From: Candidatus Saccharimonadota bacterium
GTDB lineage: Bacteria > Patescibacteriota > Saccharimonadia > Saccharimonadales > Saccharimonadaceae
NCBI GenBank assembly: GCA_020428315.1
Contig: JAGQNA010000003.1
Location: 155 to 64,154, forward strand
DNA: 64,000 nt
Reading direction: 5' to 3'
The first letter of the stretch is position 1; each line of letters begins with the position of its first letter. The position numbers and the translations under genes are program-made. Below, one piece after another: positions 38,228 through 46,331 of the stretch. The notes under the pieces are model-generated. The model worked only from the letters and a program-made list of their open reading frames with translations, was not told the DNA's origin and ran no database searches.

Positions 38228-38875
38228 ATGATAATAACAAAAAAACTATTTGTAACTTTAAGCGCAGTGCTTTCAATAACTGCATTAGTAGCTGCAACAC
38301 CTAGTGCTTATGCGGCGCTTACAGATTCAACAAATTTAACCCAGTCAATCACACCCGGAACATTGGCTACATTGATTGGTGACACTTCTGGTAATGAAGT
38401 CGCTACACCAAGTGTTGGCTTTACAGCTAAGTCTGTCTCTGGTAGCACTCAAACTAGTACAGGTACGTTCGGTACTAGCTCTGAGCGTATATATGTAGAC
38501 AACCCGGACGGTGCTGATAATGGCTGGACTCTAGCATTGGCCTCAACGGGTGGTTATACATCTGACTGGACAAGTGGTGGTAATCATTATCCATTTAACG
38601 CGGCTACATCTTCTGCAGGACAGTTAACAATCGATCCTTCTGTTGGTACAGTTACAGCCGATGTTGGTACAACTACAGGAGTATCAAAGGGATCTAGTGG
38701 TACTTACAATCACTCGGGTGGTACAGATTCAATCACCCTAATGACAGCATCTGCAGCATCAGACGATATTCACAAAGTCTATCTAACAGGTGTCTCGATG
38801 AGCCAGACAATCCCAGCGGGTACTCCAAGCGGTAGCTACGCTATCGACTTTACTCAGACAGTCACTGCGTCATAG
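38228..38875 (+). CDS. Secreted WxL-like domain surface protein (small)
   Basis: Signal peptide ending AYA; PGTLATL..., VSGSTQTSTG, VDNPDGADNGWTLALAS, IPAGTPSGSYAIDFTQTVTAS follow the WxL-domain pattern (second WxL degenerate). Confidence 0.6.
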   Translation: MIITKKLFVTLSAVLSITALVAATPSAYAALTDSTNLTQSITPGTLATLIGDTSGNEVATPSVGFTAKSVSGSTQTSTGTFGTSSERIYVDNPDGADNGWTLALASTGGYTSDWTSGGNHYPFNAATSSAGQLTIDPSVGTVTADVGTTTGVSKGSSGTYNHSGGTDSITLMTASAASDDIHKVYLTGVSMSQTIPAGTPSGSYAIDFTQTVTAS

Positions 38876-38921
38876 TGTATAATTAACCCTAGATGCTAAA
38901 TAATACTGTGAGGGGTGTATT

Positions 38922-40121
38922 GTGAAGAGGTTTATTGTTGCGATTATTGGTATATGTGCGATTGCAACAGTGCCATCACAAGTCGGGGCAGCTGGCTTAA
39001 TAGGTGGACGACCAGGTGCGCCAAGAGATAATGAGCCACGTTCGCGATCAATATTCATCCATACAATCGATGCTGGTAAATCTGCTAGAGATAAGGTGCT
39101 TGTATCAAACAGATCAGACAAAAAGCAAAGTGTCGAGCTGTATGCTGTCGATGCGATTACGACGAATACAGGGGCCTTTACTTGTCGCCAAAAAGCAGAA
39201 AAAAGTCTCGATGCTGGCACATGGATAAATCTATCGAAAAGTGAAGTTACCTTGTCACCAAGAACAACTGAACTTGTAGATTTTAGTATTGCAGTGCCAA
39301 ACAAGACCGATGTTGGTGAGCATAATGCTTGTATCGTATTTGCAGCTAAAGACGATGTTGAAAAAGTAGGCGGTAGTTTGACTATCCGAACAAGATCGGC
39401 GATAAGAGTTGCAATAACAATTCCGGGTGAGCTAAAGCGTGGTGTTAATATACAGAGCTTTGATGTTAAGCAAAACAATGACGTACAAACCTTTACAGTG
39501 CTTATGCGTAATACTGGTAACGTTTCGGCTGATACAAATGTAGATGTACAGATGAAGTCATTGTTTGGTAAAGTGGCCTATACTAACCACGGCCAATATC
39601 CTGTACTATCTGGAAATAGTCTTGAAGTGAACTATGACAACAAGAAAACTCCATTTTGGGGTGGTTTTTATTTAGCTGACGCCACGTTGTCTTATAATAA
39701 AGATGCCAACAAATGGGACACAAAGGCAAAAAACACACTCCAGACAGAAAAATCTGGTACTAAAATAATATTTGTGATCCCGCAACTGCCAGCTATTATC
39801 GTCTATTTTGTAATTATATTGGTAGTATCAGGAGTTGTGGCTTATTGGTGGTTTGAGAAACGAAAAGTTCAATTGATTCTTGATACATGGCAACATCATA
39901 AAATTAAAAAGGGTGATACACTTGACTCTCTATCTACCGAGCGAAAAGCGAACTGGCATTTGGTTGCAAAGGTTAATAAGCTAAAGGCGCCATATACGTT
40001 GAAAGTAGGTGATAGCATACTATTGCCTCGCCGACCGAGGAAAAGTAGTGACACGGCAATACAAAGTAAATCAAAGACAATAAAAACAAATAAAACAACT
40101 GTAAAATCTAAAGAGCCATAG
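38922..40121 (+). CDS. DUF916/DUF3324-like (WxL-interacting) protein with C-terminal TM helix followed by a LysM domain
   Basis: Signal peptide; SIFIHTIDAGKSARDKVLVSNRSDKKQSVELYAVDAITTNTGAF...; TM LPAIIVYFVIILVVSGVVAYWWF; LysM HKIKKGDTLDSLS...VNKLKAPYTLKVGDSILLP. Confidence 0.6.
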   Translation: MKRFIVAIIGICAIATVPSQVGAAGLIGGRPGAPRDNEPRSRSIFIHTIDAGKSARDKVLVSNRSDKKQSVELYAVDAITTNTGAFTCRQKAEKSLDAGTWINLSKSEVTLSPRTTELVDFSIAVPNKTDVGEHNACIVFAAKDDVEKVGGSLTIRTRSAIRVAITIPGELKRGVNIQSFDVKQNNDVQTFTVLMRNTGNVSADTNVDVQMKSLFGKVAYTNHGQYPVLSGNSLEVNYDNKKTPFWGGFYLADATLSYNKDANKWDTKAKNTLQTEKSGTKIIFVIPQLPAIIVYFVIILVVSGVVAYWWFEKRKVQLILDTWQHHKIKKGDTLDSLSTERKANWHLVAKVNKLKAPYTLKVGDSILLPRRPRKSSDTAIQSKSKTIKTNKTTVKSKEP

Positions 40122-40125
40122 GTCT

Positions 40126-41835
40126 TTGATGTTTCGTATACGCCTCAAACATACTAAAACTAGATTAATTGTCATTGTTATTCTAGCTAGTATTAGTATA
40201 GTATTTCTTACGGCTACGGCTTGGGCGTTGACATTGACCACAACTTTAGACCCTAATGGAACAGTTACTGGTAACTGGACAGGCGGTGGAACGGCAGATG
40301 GTTCGTGTACTGGAAACTGTCAACGAGTTGATGATGGTAGCACCCCCGATGGTGACACAAGTTATGTATCAAGCTCAGCTGCGAATGTCGATGAGTACTC
40401 ACTACCAGATACAGTTGGCGGCCAGCGAGCTACGAGTATAAAGTTACGGGTTTATATGAAGCGACAGTCGGCTGAGTCATGTTTTTGGAACTGGGGCACT
40501 CCGAGCACAAACTTACTGCAGATGAATATTCGCATTGGCGGCACTTTGCAAACGCAGTCAAATAAAACCCCGACAGCTAACTATGCTTGGTATGAACAAG
40601 ACTACATAGGCACCTGGACGCAATCACAGATAAATAGCTTACAGATTTGGGTTAGTAAGTCTACTACAACTGGCTGTGTTCTTCGTAATAATAATGCGAC
40701 TTTTCGAATCTCTGCCGTGCAAGCAGTTGTTAGCTGGACTTCACCAGATTTGAATCAAGAGTCGAGCAGAGTTTATTTGAATACAGACAACGCTACCCCA
40801 GGAACGCCAATAGCTACGTCAAATAGCTTATCTGACGTACAGCATGATACGGCTTTTCGAGTTCGAATGGCAGTCAAGCCGACGGCGGTAGATTGGCAGA
40901 CTGATACTTGGGGCCCACATAGTAACACTTATAAATTGCAGTATTCTTCGAAATCTGCATCAAGTTGCGCCGCACAGTCTAGTGGCTGGGGTGATGTGTC
41001 TAGTGGATCGGGCAATATACGTTGGTACAACAATCCAGGCGTAGCCGACGGGGCAGCTATAACCGCGTACGCAAATGATCCAACTGTTGGCGGTAGCTTG
41101 GCGCATCAGACTTATAGAGAATCAAACAACTTTGGCTTAACAAACACAGTTACTACTGGAAATGCCGCCCTATGGGATTTCTCGCTACAAGATGTCGGTT
41201 CGACACCGGGTGATGATTACTGTCTAAGGATAGTCAAGTCAGACGGAACACTACTCGAGAGTTATAGTAACTACACAGAAGTGGTGGCAGTCGGAGATTA
41301 TGGTGTCAGTATTGTCAACAGTGCTGGTGTAGATGTAGCTGGTCCGCAAGTGACGTTTCCTAGTGCAGAGGTAAAAACATCGTGTAATGTTTCAAATGGT
41401 ACACTTGGCGTGTCTAGTCAAAAAGTGCGAATCAATAACGATATATTGAAAAATGGTTGGGACGTAAGTATTGCACCAACGAATGGCCCGACAGACTCGT
41501 GGCAATCGGGTGGAGAAGAGTATGATTTTAATGACAGCTCAGGCTGTTTAGACGGAGCAGATGCCGACTCGTTGGGTGGTTCACTCGAGGTGCAGGCTTC
41601 CTCGTCGACTGTTACACCAAAATCTGGCTGTAATAATACAGGAGTTAGTAAGGGTAGTAATGTATCGTTTGTTCAGCCGGGTGTCGACACGGTAAGTTTA
41701 GTTTCGGCCAGTTCGTCGGCATCACGTTTTTGCTACTGGGACGTAACCGGTGTTGGGCTAGAGCAGTTGATTCCAAAGGCTACACCGATTGGTAACTATA
41801 GTATAGATATGACAATAACAATGACGGCATTATGA
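40126..41835 (+). CDS. Large secreted surface protein whose C-terminal ~140 aa is paralogous to the WxL-like domain of ORF 38228
   Basis: N-terminal TM/signal; C-terminus NGWDVSIAPTNG...GVSKGS...IPKATPIGNYSIDMTITMTAL aligns with GWTLALASTGG...GVSKGS...IPAGTPSGSYAIDFTQTVTAS. Confidence 0.55.
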   Translation: MMFRIRLKHTKTRLIVIVILASISIVFLTATAWALTLTTTLDPNGTVTGNWTGGGTADGSCTGNCQRVDDGSTPDGDTSYVSSSAANVDEYSLPDTVGGQRATSIKLRVYMKRQSAESCFWNWGTPSTNLLQMNIRIGGTLQTQSNKTPTANYAWYEQDYIGTWTQSQINSLQIWVSKSTTTGCVLRNNNATFRISAVQAVVSWTSPDLNQESSRVYLNTDNATPGTPIATSNSLSDVQHDTAFRVRMAVKPTAVDWQTDTWGPHSNTYKLQYSSKSASSCAAQSSGWGDVSSGSGNIRWYNNPGVADGAAITAYANDPTVGGSLAHQTYRESNNFGLTNTVTTGNAALWDFSLQDVGSTPGDDYCLRIVKSDGTLLESYSNYTEVVAVGDYGVSIVNSAGVDVAGPQVTFPSAEVKTSCNVSNGTLGVSSQKVRINNDILKNGWDVSIAPTNGPTDSWQSGGEEYDFNDSSGCLDGADADSLGGSLEVQASSSTVTPKSGCNNTGVSKGSNVSFVQPGVDTVSLVSASSSASRFCYWDVTGVGLEQLIPKATPIGNYSIDMTITMTAL

Positions 41836-42221
41836 AAAAATATTTCTTAGCAGGACTAGCGATGTATGTATGTATGTATTTTATCGTTGTTCCAGTCGCA
41901 AACGCATCAGGTGAAGAAATCTATAGATTTAGACAGTGGATTGCACCAAAAGAGTGCGTTGAGAATAAGGTGGTAAACGGTGTTGATACACAGATCTTTC
42001 TAACCCCGAGTGATTGTAATCAGCTATTACACCCACCGCAGCGACCACAAACTACACCGGCAAATCCAACCTCTCCGACCTCAAATCCAAATAATTTTTT
42101 GATACCCGGTGTGCCGAACACTGGCTATGGAGCAGTGGCAGTCGGCTTACTATTTGGTATAGGGTTAATGCTTATATTGCTTGTGGCAATACGCATGGTT
42201 CAAAGGCTGGTATATAGGTGA
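41832..42221 (+). CDS. Small secreted protein with LPXTG-like sorting signal (VPNTG + hydrophobic helix + basic tail)
   Basis: Signal peptide; Pro-rich stalk; ...IPGVPNTGYGAVAVGLLFGIGLMLILLVAIRMVQRLVYR; start overlaps upstream stop (ATGA). Confidence 0.55.
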   Translation: MKKYFLAGLAMYVCMYFIVVPVANASGEEIYRFRQWIAPKECVENKVVNGVDTQIFLTPSDCNQLLHPPQRPQTTPANPTSPTSNPNNFLIPGVPNTGYGAVAVGLLFGIGLMLILLVAIRMVQRLVYR

Positions 42222-42236
42222 GCTTTAGGCTTAAGA

Positions 42237-42265
42237 TTGACTATATTTCAGTAATAATGTATAAT
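42237..42265 (+). promoter_or_regulatory. Promoter TTGACT-17-TATAAT driving a long structured leader
   Basis: TTGACT 42237-42242, exactly 17 nt, TATAAT 42260-42265; next credible start codon is ~275 nt downstream. Confidence 0.6.
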
Positions 42266-42470
42266 GTAAACCATCCAACGTCTAGTGTCACAAGTAATTA
42301 TAAAGCACTATAGATCGTTGGTGCGTAGTTAGCATCCTGCTTGAGCGAATTATTTGCTCGTGGTGATACGACTATTTAACAAAATGTTCTCAGCTACTTT
42401 TTTCTTCGATGACCTTTGCCAGTAGTATTTATAGTGCTAACTAGGCTATATACAGACGTGTATGGTACTG

Positions 42471-42498
42471 GTTAGCACTGTAAGTGCTAACGTTTTCT
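42471..42498 (+). terminator. Intrinsic terminator/attenuator hairpin inside the leader of ORF 42532
   Basis: GTTAGCACT-gta-AGTGCTAAC (8-9 bp) followed by GTTTTCT. Confidence 0.55.
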
Positions 42499-42531
42499 AG
42501 GAAATCCCTAGGAAGCCACCTTTGAAAGGAG

Positions 42532-43146
42532 GTGGTGGCTATGAACGGCCACAAACAGAAAACCCTCAGGATGGTCACTATGGCAATCCTGGGATTCTTT
42601 GCTTGGAGCGGCATTATAGTTGCCGCTCCGGCACAGGCGGACAGTGTCGGATGCTATCCAACACTGTCCGATCCGTGTTCTGACTGGACGCGAGTCCAGT
42701 CGGAGCAGCTCGTAGTCGATTACAACAACAGTAATCGGCAGCTGACAGTAATCATCCAGCGTCACTATGAGGCTGGATATTATCTCATCGGGGAAGGTGC
42801 TGCCTATCCCCATGTAGGTTTCTGGTATCTTGGCCAGGAGCCCCTTAGGTATCAGTGGTTCTGCCGGTCGGCAGAACCACTGTACCTAAAATATGAGTTC
42901 AATCGCTCCCTCGAATGGGATCCATTCGTTTGGGGGATTGTCGAAGCTAGGTGCAGTGATGGCACTACACCTAGCGTGATGACGGGTAAAACTACTCGTC
43001 ATCAAGCTTTGCAATTTTGTGCCGAAAGGCACAAAATTGCAAAGCGCAAGAAGGGGAGGGCCTTGAAAAAGGCCCTCCGCAACGGAACTACCAAGTTCCG
43101 TTGTGTAAAGCCTAAACGGGCGCATAAGCGTCCGTTTGGTAGCTGA
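42532..43146 (+). CDS. Hypothetical secreted protein, 6 Cys, polybasic C-terminal tail (likely start ATG 42541)
   Basis: SD AAGGAGG; signal peptide ...VAAPAQA; tail KIAKRKKGRALKKALRNGTTKFRCVKPKRAHKRPFGS; G+C about 53% by hand count of 42541-42740. Confidence 0.6.
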   Translation: MVAMNGHKQKTLRMVTMAILGFFAWSGIIVAAPAQADSVGCYPTLSDPCSDWTRVQSEQLVVDYNNSNRQLTVIIQRHYEAGYYLIGEGAAYPHVGFWYLGQEPLRYQWFCRSAEPLYLKYEFNRSLEWDPFVWGIVEARCSDGTTPSVMTGKTTRHQALQFCAERHKIAKRKKGRALKKALRNGTTKFRCVKPKRAHKRPFGS

Positions 43147-43151
43147 GACAA

Positions 43152-43200
43152 GCCTGACTCGCCAACCCAAAAAAGGTTGGCGAGTCAGGCAAACTCATTT
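43152..43200 (+). terminator. Strong intrinsic terminator
   Basis: Perfect 16-bp stem GCCTGACTCGCCAACC-caaaaaa-GGTTGGCGAGTCAGGC, then AAACTCATTTT. Confidence 0.85.
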
Positions 43201-43226
43201 TGATTTCTGTTACTAAATACAGGTTA

Positions 43227-43235
43227 TGCTATTAT
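43227..43235 (+). promoter_or_regulatory. Extended -10 TGcTATTAT, 7 nt upstream of ATG 43243
   Basis: taTGCTATTATtgtatgtATG; no SD. Confidence 0.5.
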
Positions 43236-43242
43236 TGTATGT

Positions 43243-45234
43243 ATGATCAATAGCTTAATTCGAAGATCAATTTTGTTGTTCATTTTAATGGCTAGTGTTT
43301 TGTCCATTTTTTTTGTATTAATATTTGCCTCTCATAAAACGTATGCTAGTAGCCGTATAGTAACAATAAACCCTACTGTTGGTGATTCTGCTACCGCAGT
43401 GCATCTGATGAACATAATGTGCAACAGTTATGCAGTTGGTTTTGGCGCGTACATAACCGATGCTTCTATTAATAGTTCCGGTGTTGCTAGTTACAATGTT
43501 AATATTGTGTATAAGAAGTGTAATAACACAGCAACAAGAGCCTATGCATTAGTAGGCAACAGTGGACTTTGTCCATTGGTAGGCAGATATGGCGGTGGCA
43601 ATACTGGACAAGCATTTGATTGTGTAAAATATATTGGCGCCCCAAAGTATTCGACTGGCTCTGGCCTTGATTGTGAAAGTCCACCTGAATTAAATGATAG
43701 ATGCGTGTATCAGCCTGTATTCAATTCGATTGCCATAGCATATGATCAGCCGGTCGGCGTGGGTACTCAGTATTCGTTAACAAGATCAATACTGTATGGT
43801 ATTCCTGCTAGTCTGTGGCAACAACCACAAGGCTCTATAAATATTGGTGCTGAGACCCAAATGTGTCAATTCTATAAGGTTAAGCTTTCTAGAGACGCAG
43901 ATTGGAAAGATGGTGCTGGAATTTATGGCTGTCAATCTATATATTTATCTGTCTCATGGCGTGAGCGCTCCTACAATCTCACCCCAAATATCGCCATAGG
44001 TATAGATAGGTTTACTGGGCAAGCTAATATTCCAATAGGGGCAGATATATCTCAAGGATCAGCGGATGACCCGGTAGGTGAAAATCATAATTGGTTTGTT
44101 ACCAAAGCAGTATTTAAGGCTCCTATCAACAGAGGTGCTGTGGCATTGTCAGATGACGAGCCGTGTACATATTTTAATAAAAAATCGTCAAATGCGTTAC
44201 GCCATGGGGTGTGCGAGGAAGCTATTGGGGGCGGAAAAATATACCCAGGAAGCGGCAACTATTTCGGCACAAGACCTACAGGTAATATCCCTCTTGGTTA
44301 TTATATTTGCTATATGACATCAGTACAAAATCCAACCAGCCGATCGGATGATGATAGTAAATGGCGTCATAGTGACATAAAATGTGCTCAATCTGTTGCT
44401 ATTCCTAAGCTCCAAGTTCATGGTGGCGATTTACGAGTGGCTAGTGATAGTAATTGTACAGCCAAGAAGGGCTTTATTAACACTAGTATGTCGCGGATTG
44501 ACGGGCGACACTATGGTAGCTGGTCAGAGTTTGCTAGCTTTAGTCAGTGTAGTGATAGCAACTTTACTACGGGGGCAGAGCTAGAATCTGGTCAGGCTAG
44601 TGTTACGCCTATTGATCCCTACCATGGCTTAACGTTTGCAAATGGTGGTGGCTCGTACGGTAGCTACAGTACCGATACAAATATTGTACGTGGTGTCCAG
44701 CCTATTACAGATTGTCCAGCAAGTGTACCGTCAGACCATAGGTTTAGTAGCTTTGGAGCTTTTAAACTTAGTGTTGATGAAGGAAATGTAGCTGGTAGCT
44801 ACTGCGTGGGGAATAGTAGTAGCAATTTAAATGTAGATAGCGATGTTAAGTTAACGGGTAAACCCAGTGGGATAAAACAAATACCTCAAGTAATATTGAT
44901 TGGTAAGGACATAAACATTCATGAAGGAGTGTCAAGGCTTGACGCCTGGCTACTGGCTAGTGGAGATCTAAATACTTGTACCAATAGTACCAACAACCGC
45001 AATGCGACCCTAAAAAGTACTGTGTGCAACAACCAGCTAGTTATTAACGGCCCAGTATATACCAATAAACTGTATCCCGACAGAACTTTTGGTTCTCGTG
45101 ATGAAAATGATAAGGCTAAAGCCGGTGAGATATTTAACCTACCAGCGTCTACCAGTATATGGCTGTATAACCAGTCAAAGACTAGTGGTGCAATAGACAC
45201 GGTTAGCCTAAAAGAATTGCCACCAAGATATTAG
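43243..45234 (+). CDS. Large secreted/anchored Cys-rich protein of unknown function, immediately upstream of the T4P locus
   Basis: 663 aa; N-terminal hydrophobic SILLFILMASVLSIFFVLIFA; many Cys spread through the ectodomain; no pilin signal. Confidence 0.65.
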   Translation: MINSLIRRSILLFILMASVLSIFFVLIFASHKTYASSRIVTINPTVGDSATAVHLMNIMCNSYAVGFGAYITDASINSSGVASYNVNIVYKKCNNTATRAYALVGNSGLCPLVGRYGGGNTGQAFDCVKYIGAPKYSTGSGLDCESPPELNDRCVYQPVFNSIAIAYDQPVGVGTQYSLTRSILYGIPASLWQQPQGSINIGAETQMCQFYKVKLSRDADWKDGAGIYGCQSIYLSVSWRERSYNLTPNIAIGIDRFTGQANIPIGADISQGSADDPVGENHNWFVTKAVFKAPINRGAVALSDDEPCTYFNKKSSNALRHGVCEEAIGGGKIYPGSGNYFGTRPTGNIPLGYYICYMTSVQNPTSRSDDDSKWRHSDIKCAQSVAIPKLQVHGGDLRVASDSNCTAKKGFINTSMSRIDGRHYGSWSEFASFSQCSDSNFTTGAELESGQASVTPIDPYHGLTFANGGGSYGSYSTDTNIVRGVQPITDCPASVPSDHRFSSFGAFKLSVDEGNVAGSYCVGNSSSNLNVDSDVKLTGKPSGIKQIPQVILIGKDINIHEGVSRLDAWLLASGDLNTCTNSTNNRNATLKSTVCNNQLVINGPVYTNKLYPDRTFGSRDENDKAKAGEIFNLPASTSIWLYNQSKTSGAIDTVSLKELPPRY

Positions 45235-45267
45235 CTTTTTGCTATTGCCACAAGGGGTATGGGCTAG

Positions 45268-45273
45268 TATAAT
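45268..45273 (+). promoter_or_regulatory. -10 box TATAAT, 8 nt upstream of pilM ATG
   Basis: ctagTATAATagggctgtATG. Confidence 0.5.
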
Positions 45274-45281
45274 AGGGCTGT

Positions 45282-46331
45282 ATGAAGTTATTCAAAAGTG
45301 TGGGCAGTTTCTTTGCGCTTGATATTGGTACCAACGCTGTTCGTGTGGTTCAGCTAGATACAGTGGGTAATAATGTTTGGTCGCTTGCTCATTACGGCTA
45401 CATGAATATCGATGAGAAGTTATCTGCTTCTGACTCAGAAGAATCAAAACAACGGCTTGGAGAAGCAATATTGACCGTAGTTGGCCAAAGCGGTATTTCT
45501 ACTCGAAATGTGGTGCTAGGCTTACCTAGCCAGAAAACATTTACTACTGTGGTTGAAGTACCAATCACAAATGATTCAGAGCTAGCCAGTTTAATGAAAT
45601 ACCAGGTTGATCAGCATATACCAATGAGTGTTGATGATGCAAAAATTGATTGGTCGGCACTTGGGCCAAGCTTGCGAGACCCTAAAATGCAAGAAGTATT
45701 AATTACCAGTACTGCGATTGAGTACACCGAGAACCGACTTGAATTTATTGAGGGACTTGGATTTGATGTAATTGCCGCTGAGCCAGACCCTATAGCGATG
45801 ATACGCTCGTTGCTTCCTGCTAATTCGCAAGATGCACAGCTTATTGTCGACATCGGTGAACAATCGACAAATTTGGCACTTGTATTTGGTGACGCACCAC
45901 GGTTAGTGCGAAGTATTCCGACTGGGCTAAGTACCTTAGTTAAAACAGCTGTCCAAAATTTAAATGTTAAAGATGAGCAGGCTAGGCAGTTTATTTTAAA
46001 ATTTGGTCTTGCGCAGGACAGGCTAGAGGGTCAGGTTTATAATGCGCTTGAGTCAACTCTTGACGCATTTGTGAGTGAACTTACAAAATCCGTTAAGTTT
46101 TTTCAAACTAGGTATCCTGGCATAAGTGTATCTAGGATTTTAATGTCTGGTTATGGTATGAGTATTCCGAAGTTGAGCGACTATGTTAGTACAAAATCTG
46201 GCCTTGCGACTATTCAGGCAAATCCTTGGCAGAAAGTGCAAGTCTCTCAGGCCGATCAGCAGAAAATATTGCCAGTCGCTAGTGAGTTTGCAACCGTTGT
46301 TGGGCTAGCACAAAGGGATACCAGCATATGA
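45282..46331 (+). CDS. pilM: Type IV pilus assembly protein PilM (actin-like ATPase fold)
   Basis: FALDIGTNAVRVVQL N-terminal phosphate-1-like motif; first gene of a pilMNO-like trio. Confidence 0.85.
   Translation: MKLFKSVGSFFALDIGTNAVRVVQLDTVGNNVWSLAHYGYMNIDEKLSASDSEESKQRLGEAILTVVGQSGISTRNVVLGLPSQKTFTTVVEVPITNDSELASLMKYQVDQHIPMSVDDAKIDWSALGPSLRDPKMQEVLITSTAIEYTENRLEFIEGLGFDVIAAEPDPIAMIRSLLPANSQDAQLIVDIGEQSTNLALVFGDAPRLVRSIPTGLSTLVKTAVQNLNVKDEQARQFILKFGLAQDRLEGQVYNALESTLDAFVSELTKSVKFFQTRYPGISVSRILMSGYGMSIPKLSDYVSTKSGLATIQANPWQKVQVSQADQQKILPVASEFATVVGLAQRDTSI

Noticed and set aside
38870-39478. 202-aa minus-strand ORF
   Set aside because: It is antisense to the DUF916-like gene, which has a signal peptide, domain pattern and operon context. 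No start signals support it.
42508-43170. Two minus-strand ORFs (42508-42813 and 42886-43170)
   Set aside because: They exist only because the plus-strand gene is GC-richer and so has few antisense stops. The plus-strand ORF has an SD, a signal peptide and a downstream terminator in the right orientation.
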